32,000 nt of DNA, from the NCBI RefSeq assembly GCF_001583495.1, contig NZ_LQAQ01000019.1, forward strand, positions 242,836 to 274,835, written 5' to 3'. The notes under the pieces were generated by a model, which saw nothing but the letters and a program-made list of their open reading frames with translations, was not told the DNA's origin and searched no databases. Source of the stretch: Flammeovirga sp. SJP92. GTDB taxonomy: Bacteria; Bacteroidota; Bacteroidia; Cytophagales; Flammeovirgaceae. Shown here piece after piece: positions 27,958 through 32,000 of the stretch (position 1 is the first letter of the stretch; every line of letters starts with the position of its first letter). The position numbers were made by a program, and so were the translations under genes.

Positions 27958-28014
27958 ATACACACTTCTTAATCAGATTAATAAGGGAAGACTCCTTATT
28001 AAGTATCAGGATAA

Positions 28015-28749
28015 TTATTCTGCTATCAAACGTTGGAATTTGAAGGCAGGATAACCTTTTTCTAAATCATCATTATAGAACCCAGTGAATGCTAATTTGA
28101 AAAATACTCCATCAGTTGTTTCAATAATATAGTATTGATTTTCAACAATTTTATAAGTAAATGTAGCAAAGTCTAATACTTTCCAGTCAGAACCAATTGC
28201 ATCAACTTCTGATGACAATGTTAGGTTCATTGCGTCCTCATAAGAAACTTCATCATAAGAAACGAACGTTTGTCCTTCTGCTTCCAATTCTTCTTTATTC
28301 AAACGGATCGCTTTTACTTCTCCTTTATTGACCAATGCACCTGTCATCATGTAAGGTACATACTCTGTACCGTCATGTGTTTTACCATTGTAGTAAGCCA
28401 ATACGATGTCCCATCCTTCACTACCTTCCGCATGATCTTTTTCAGTATCCCAAACATCAAATTTCACATACTCTTCATCGTTGTAGTGGTATCCAAGAGT
28501 ATCTGCATTTGAAGATGCTGATGCCGCATCAAGATCCACAAATACTTGACGGTTGTAGCTCAATTTTACCTGCTCTACTTGTTGAGTTTGATGGTTGAAA
28601 CCTTCCTCATATACGTCTGGCGTGCTGTATAATGCCACTTGCAAAGCATAAGAAGATTCATCCAATGGTGGAATTGTGACAGTGTCATCTTCTGAACATG
28701 AGAATAATGAAGCTGATAATAGTAGACTAGCGAAAATTGACTTTTTCAT
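28015..28749 (-). CDS. hmuY: HmuY-like heme-binding lipoprotein
   Basis: Lipobox ASLFSCSEDD; GSEGWDIVLAYYNG, C-terminal TYKIVENQYYIIETTDGVFFKLAFTGFYNDDLEKGYPAFKFQRL; adjacent to TonB receptor. Confidence 0.72.
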   Translation of the reverse strand: MKKSIFASLLLSASLFSCSEDDTVTIPPLDESSYALQVALYSTPDVYEEGFNHQTQQVEQVKLSYNRQVFVDLDAASASSNADTLGYHYNDEEYVKFDVWDTEKDHAEGSEGWDIVLAYYNGKTHDGTEYVPYMMTGALVNKGEVKAIRLNKEELEAEGQTFVSYDEVSYEDAMNLTLSSEVDAIGSDWKVLDFATFTYKIVENQYYIIETTDGVFFKLAFTGFYNDDLEKGYPAFKFQRLIAE

Positions 28750-28780
28750 TGTAATTAGTATAAAAATTTGTTGCTAAAAA

Positions 28781-31000
28781 TTAAATCTTATTGAGTTTGT
28801 ATTTCAAGGAAACAAAGTAAGTTCTTCCCCAAGCTACTAACATGTTTGATGAACTTGAATGAGCACCTCCTTGTGTTGTATTGGTGATGTCATTCACATC
28901 TAATAGGTTCTTCACACCTGCTGTGAGTGAAAAACGATTACCTTTAAATCTTTTAGTTGCAGAGTAATTAAGCATACTGTAAGCCTCCAATGTTCCTTCT
29001 GTAGGACCTTCTTCCTCACTATTCATATAGAGCTGTACTCTTTTGCCAGTGTATTTATAATCCAACTGCATCGACAAATTGAGAGTAGGCCAAGAATAGG
29101 AAGCCATTGCTACAAAGTCTGTGGAATACCTAAAGTTGAATTCGGAGGTATTTTGTAAATCATAACCAATTCCTGTAAGTGTCACCCCTGCATTGACTTT
29201 GAAAAGGTTATTATTGTTATAGCTCACATTGAACGTGCCTCCGTGTGTTTTCTTCTGAGAAATATTCTGATAGAAATAAGAAATACCATCATCGCCCATC
29301 GCCAACTCAATGACATCAAAAAGGTGGTTGTAAAACCCTGATGTTTCAAACTTCAAAATAGAACTCTGTTCGATATCAATTGTCTTATCCAGGGACAATG
29401 TTACATTGTATGATGTTTCTGGAGTAAGATCTTCGTTACCGAAAATTCTATGGTTAGTATCTACAAAATCCATGTAAAGCTCCTTCATACTTGGAGCCCT
29501 GAACCCTTTAGCAAAGGAAAGTCGGCTATTCCAATTATTGTCGGAATTGAATTTTAGATGACCAGAATAAATCAATGGAGCATCAAAAGTGTTGTGATGT
29601 AAATACCTCACCCCTGGTTGGAATACTAGATTGCTATTTAAGTTGATTTTCAAATCAGACCAAATTGCATTTTCCTGTAAACCCCCATTTTCTTTGACTC
29701 TTCCACCCTTTCCTGTTTCATTGGATAGTTCATAACCTACTTGCCATTTCATCCAGTCTTTAATTTGCTGACCGTAAGAAATTCGTGCATTTAACATCTC
29801 AAACTCATCAATATTGGGATCTCCCTTTTTGTCTTCAGTATTCAAATCTTCTTTTACAACATACTCCTGAGAGGTTCTTGTGTAAGTGTTGTAGGAAACT
29901 AATCCCGTTAAAGAAGATTTGTTGTTGAATTTCTTATCAAACTGACCGTAATAGGTCACTCTGTCCGTCAAGAAATTTGTATCAATGGCACGAAGAGGCT
30001 GAAGGTAATTTCCTTTATAAGTTAGATCTTCTCTACTCAATCGAACACCTAACTTTGCTTCCCATCCTGATAGATTTAAACCATAATAAGCATCTGCATT
30101 AATTTGGTTTTTCGGGTTCCAACTCATCGCCCTTGTTTCTTTGTTCATGTCATGACCGTTGAAATACCGATATCCTCCAGAGATTCCGAACTTTGATTTT
30201 TTTCTACCGCCTTGAACATTCACATTACCATTCAATTGACCTACTGATTCAGCATAAGCTTGTGCTGTTCCTGTCAACCTGTAGTATTTATTTTCTTTCA
30301 TGATGATATTGACGGTACCTGCCAATGCATTGGAACCATATACAACTGACATTGGTCCTTCTATTACCTCAATATGATCTACTTGTGACATATCAATTTG
30401 TGATAAATCAATATTTCCATCCTGCCTACCAATTATTGGCATTCCATCGATCAAGAACTTTACATGTTGTCCTTCCAAACCTTGCATGATGATTTGAGAG
30501 CCTAAAACTCCATCTTCTCTCAGATTAATATTAGGCTGAAAACGAAGAGCATCTCTTACATTTTGAACTCCTTGTTTTTCCATTACATCTGAAGTAATGA
30601 TCCCAACTTTGTAAATGGATTTGTCCGCTTTTTCTGGTTCTACACTTGCTGTCTTCACCACCTGATCCAACATTAGTAAATCAGGCTTCATTTTGACCTT
30701 GACTTTTTCACCTCCTGCCAGTTCTATTTCTTGTGTTTTAAAACCTGTGTAAGAAACTGTGCATTCCATATTTTCGAACAAGATAATTTCAACTTTACCT
30801 TTAGCATCAGTAGAGTAATATTTCTTGACACCTGACGCCGTAATCAAACAGACATGTGCTCCAACCAATGGAAGACCTTCTGTGGAATCTACAATTTCAA
30901 GTTCTACTTTCGGGACTTGCGCCAGTGTACTGACTGCATAAAACAACATCAGTACACAAATCGTAATTTTATTTTTCATATCTATTTTCCATTTTTTCAT
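28781..31000 (-). CDS. TonB-dependent receptor, probable heme/hemophore receptor (HmuR-like by context)
   Basis: QNVRDALRFQPNINLREDGVLGSQIIMQGLEGQHVKFLIDGMPIIGRQDGNIDLSQIDMSQVDHIEVIEGPMSVVYGSNALAGTVNIIMK plug; barrel C-terminus; partner HmuY-like lipoprotein. Confidence 0.88.
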   Translation of the reverse strand: MKKWKIDMKNKITICVLMLFYAVSTLAQVPKVELEIVDSTEGLPLVGAHVCLITASGVKKYYSTDAKGKVEIILFENMECTVSYTGFKTQEIELAGGEKVKVKMKPDLLMLDQVVKTASVEPEKADKSIYKVGIITSDVMEKQGVQNVRDALRFQPNINLREDGVLGSQIIMQGLEGQHVKFLIDGMPIIGRQDGNIDLSQIDMSQVDHIEVIEGPMSVVYGSNALAGTVNIIMKENKYYRLTGTAQAYAESVGQLNGNVNVQGGRKKSKFGISGGYRYFNGHDMNKETRAMSWNPKNQINADAYYGLNLSGWEAKLGVRLSREDLTYKGNYLQPLRAIDTNFLTDRVTYYGQFDKKFNNKSSLTGLVSYNTYTRTSQEYVVKEDLNTEDKKGDPNIDEFEMLNARISYGQQIKDWMKWQVGYELSNETGKGGRVKENGGLQENAIWSDLKINLNSNLVFQPGVRYLHHNTFDAPLIYSGHLKFNSDNNWNSRLSFAKGFRAPSMKELYMDFVDTNHRIFGNEDLTPETSYNVTLSLDKTIDIEQSSILKFETSGFYNHLFDVIELAMGDDGISYFYQNISQKKTHGGTFNVSYNNNNLFKVNAGVTLTGIGYDLQNTSEFNFRYSTDFVAMASYSWPTLNLSMQLDYKYTGKRVQLYMNSEEEGPTEGTLEAYSMLNYSATKRFKGNRFSLTAGVKNLLDVNDITNTTQGGAHSSSSNMLVAWGRTYFVSLKYKLNKI

Positions 31001-31077
31001 GGACTACTTTCCCACGATTGAAATCATGGGCTATTGATGTTATTCGAAAAATCGATGTTTCTACCTTTTTGTTATGC

Positions 31078-31120
31078 GGGTAGACACGTGGGGTGTGTGG
31101 GTAGACACATAGGTCTACCC
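31078..31120. repeat. REP-like palindromic/direct-repeat element (GGGTAGACAC motifs)
   Basis: GGGTAGACAC at 31078-31087 and 31099-31108; GGGTAGAC (31099-31106) inverted to GTCTACCC (31113-31120). Confidence 0.5.
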
Positions 31121-31140
31121 CTACGATACACGGCGTGGCA

Positions 31141-32000
31141 TTACGATTTTCTTTGTTGTTTTTTTGTGTTTTTGACCGTTGAAAGGTCTTTCAAACTATC
31201 CAATACACATCCTGTTGGGCATGCCACTCTACACCATAGCATAGGGTATTTGATTGAAATCCCGATAAACGCTAAAGAGATGTAGAACCAATAAGATGAA
31301 AATTCTGTACTGAATAAATCAGGAAACAACTCATAGTTGCCAAACTCCTTATAACCGTAGACAAAACCTCCAAAAAGAACGATTGTCAAGGCATATCGGA
31401 TGTATTCCGCTTGTTTGTTGGTGATGAATAATTTCTTTGATTTGAATGGTGAATATTTCAAAGAGATCATCTGTGCTGCTCCAAATGGACATACATAAGA
31501 ACAATAGGCATTTTTGCCCCAAATTGCTGATAGTAATGTCATCAATGCATATATGCTCAAGAAAAGAGAGACTTCCGTTCCCATAAATGGCATCAGATAA
31601 GTGATATAAGTAAACGAAGAGTTCATTCCAAAACCGATATAAGCCATTGTGAAAATAGAAACTGCCAATCTAGTTTTCTTTGTTTTCTTAATCTGTGGCA
31701 ACATTGCAAATAAGAATATTGCTCCGATGACAATGATGTGTACAATCCACCAATACGTTAATTCTGCTTGTACATGGAAGCCGTCCAAATCATAGTCATA
31801 ATAGGTCGACAAAATTTGAGGTGCTGTAACTGTAAACGCTTCCGTGACCCCATCTGCCATTGCTTTTGTAGTAATTGTTGCTCCTGAAATGGCATCAATT
31901 GCATGATCATTATCTCTTGTACTTAAGTTTCTATATTGATCTAGATAAGAACTTCTCAATACTTTTCTTAAGTAGCTTTCTGTTTCTTTTGAAGTGATGT
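31141..32000 (-). CDS. FMN-binding domain + NapH-like polytopic 4Fe-4S protein, 5' partial (continues beyond right edge)
   Basis: DAISGATITTKAMADGV (flavinylation-type motif), multiple TMs, AYCSYVCPFGAAQMI and WCRVACPTGCVLD cysteine clusters; frame upstream of the track's start remains open to the window edge (ITSKETESYLRKVLRSSYL...). Confidence 0.85.
   Translation of the reverse strand, partial: ITSKETESYLRKVLRSSYLDQYRNLSTRDNDHAIDAISGATITTKAMADGVTEAFTVTAPQILSTYYDYDLDGFHVQAELTYWWIVHIIVIGAIFLFAMLPQIKKTKKTRLAVSIFTMAYIGFGMNSSFTYITYLMPFMGTEVSLFLSIYALMTLLSAIWGKNAYCSYVCPFGAAQMISLKYSPFKSKKLFITNKQAEYIRYALTIVLFGGFVYGYKEFGNYELFPDLFSTEFSSYWFYISLAFIGISIKYPMLWCRVACPTGCVLDSLKDLSTVKNTKKQQRKS

Noticed and set aside
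31034-31285. 83-aa plus-strand ORF with AGRHVGCVGRHIGLPL repeats
   Set aside because: Translation of the palindromic REP-like repeat and antisense to the FMN_bind/4Fe-4S gene
1-32000. CRISPR array, phage, transposase, retron or classical defence system
   Set aside because: No regularly spaced repeats, no reverse transcriptase, nuclease, integrase or transposase signatures seen in any listed ORF; no tRNA or rRNA recognised by eye

Overview
The window is a Bacteroidota-type chromosomal region. Its main content, about 1-18 kb on the minus strand and open at the left edge, is a tightly packed biosynthetic gene cluster of the flexirubin / aryl-polyene (APE) type. From upstream to downstream it contains: a MIO-type aromatic amino-acid ammonia-lyase (probable tyrosine ammonia-lyase), a FabG-like ketoreductase, a ketosynthase, an ACP, an LpxL-like acyltransferase, a B12-binding radical SAM protein, a hotdog dehydratase, a 4HBT thioesterase, a second ketosynthase, a small non-catalytic KS-like protein, a second ACP, a third ketosynthase paired with a chain-length-factor-like degenerate KS, a polysaccharide deacetylase, LolA-like and lipoprotein components, a FabZ-like dehydratase, a GT2-DUF2062 fusion, and an MMPL exporter fused to a PlsC-like acyltransferase. 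The last gene runs off the left edge and is absent from the supplied ORF track. A divergent plus-strand pair encodes a small exported protein of unknown function and a flavin-dependent halogenase/hydroxylase-like enzyme. A 21-bp palindrome lies immediately upstream of a Bacteroidota-like -7 element in front of the lyase gene. The rest of the window holds an exported alpha/beta hydrolase, a TonB-dependent/outer-membrane beta-barrel protein, two cold-shock-domain proteins, a small lipoprotein, and two tandem paralogous single-TM miniproteins (49 and 48 aa) missing from the ORF track. It ends with a probable heme-acquisition locus (ChaN-like, HmuY-like, TonB receptor) next to an FMN_bind + NapH-like 4Fe-4S membrane protein cut by the right edge. 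The pigment cluster class is already described. The less explained parts are the B12-radical SAM enzyme, the 204-aa KS-like protein, the small exported protein beside the halogenase-like gene, the palindrome, the paired miniproteins and a REP-like palindromic element near 31.1 kb. I see no convincing evidence of a wholly new system.
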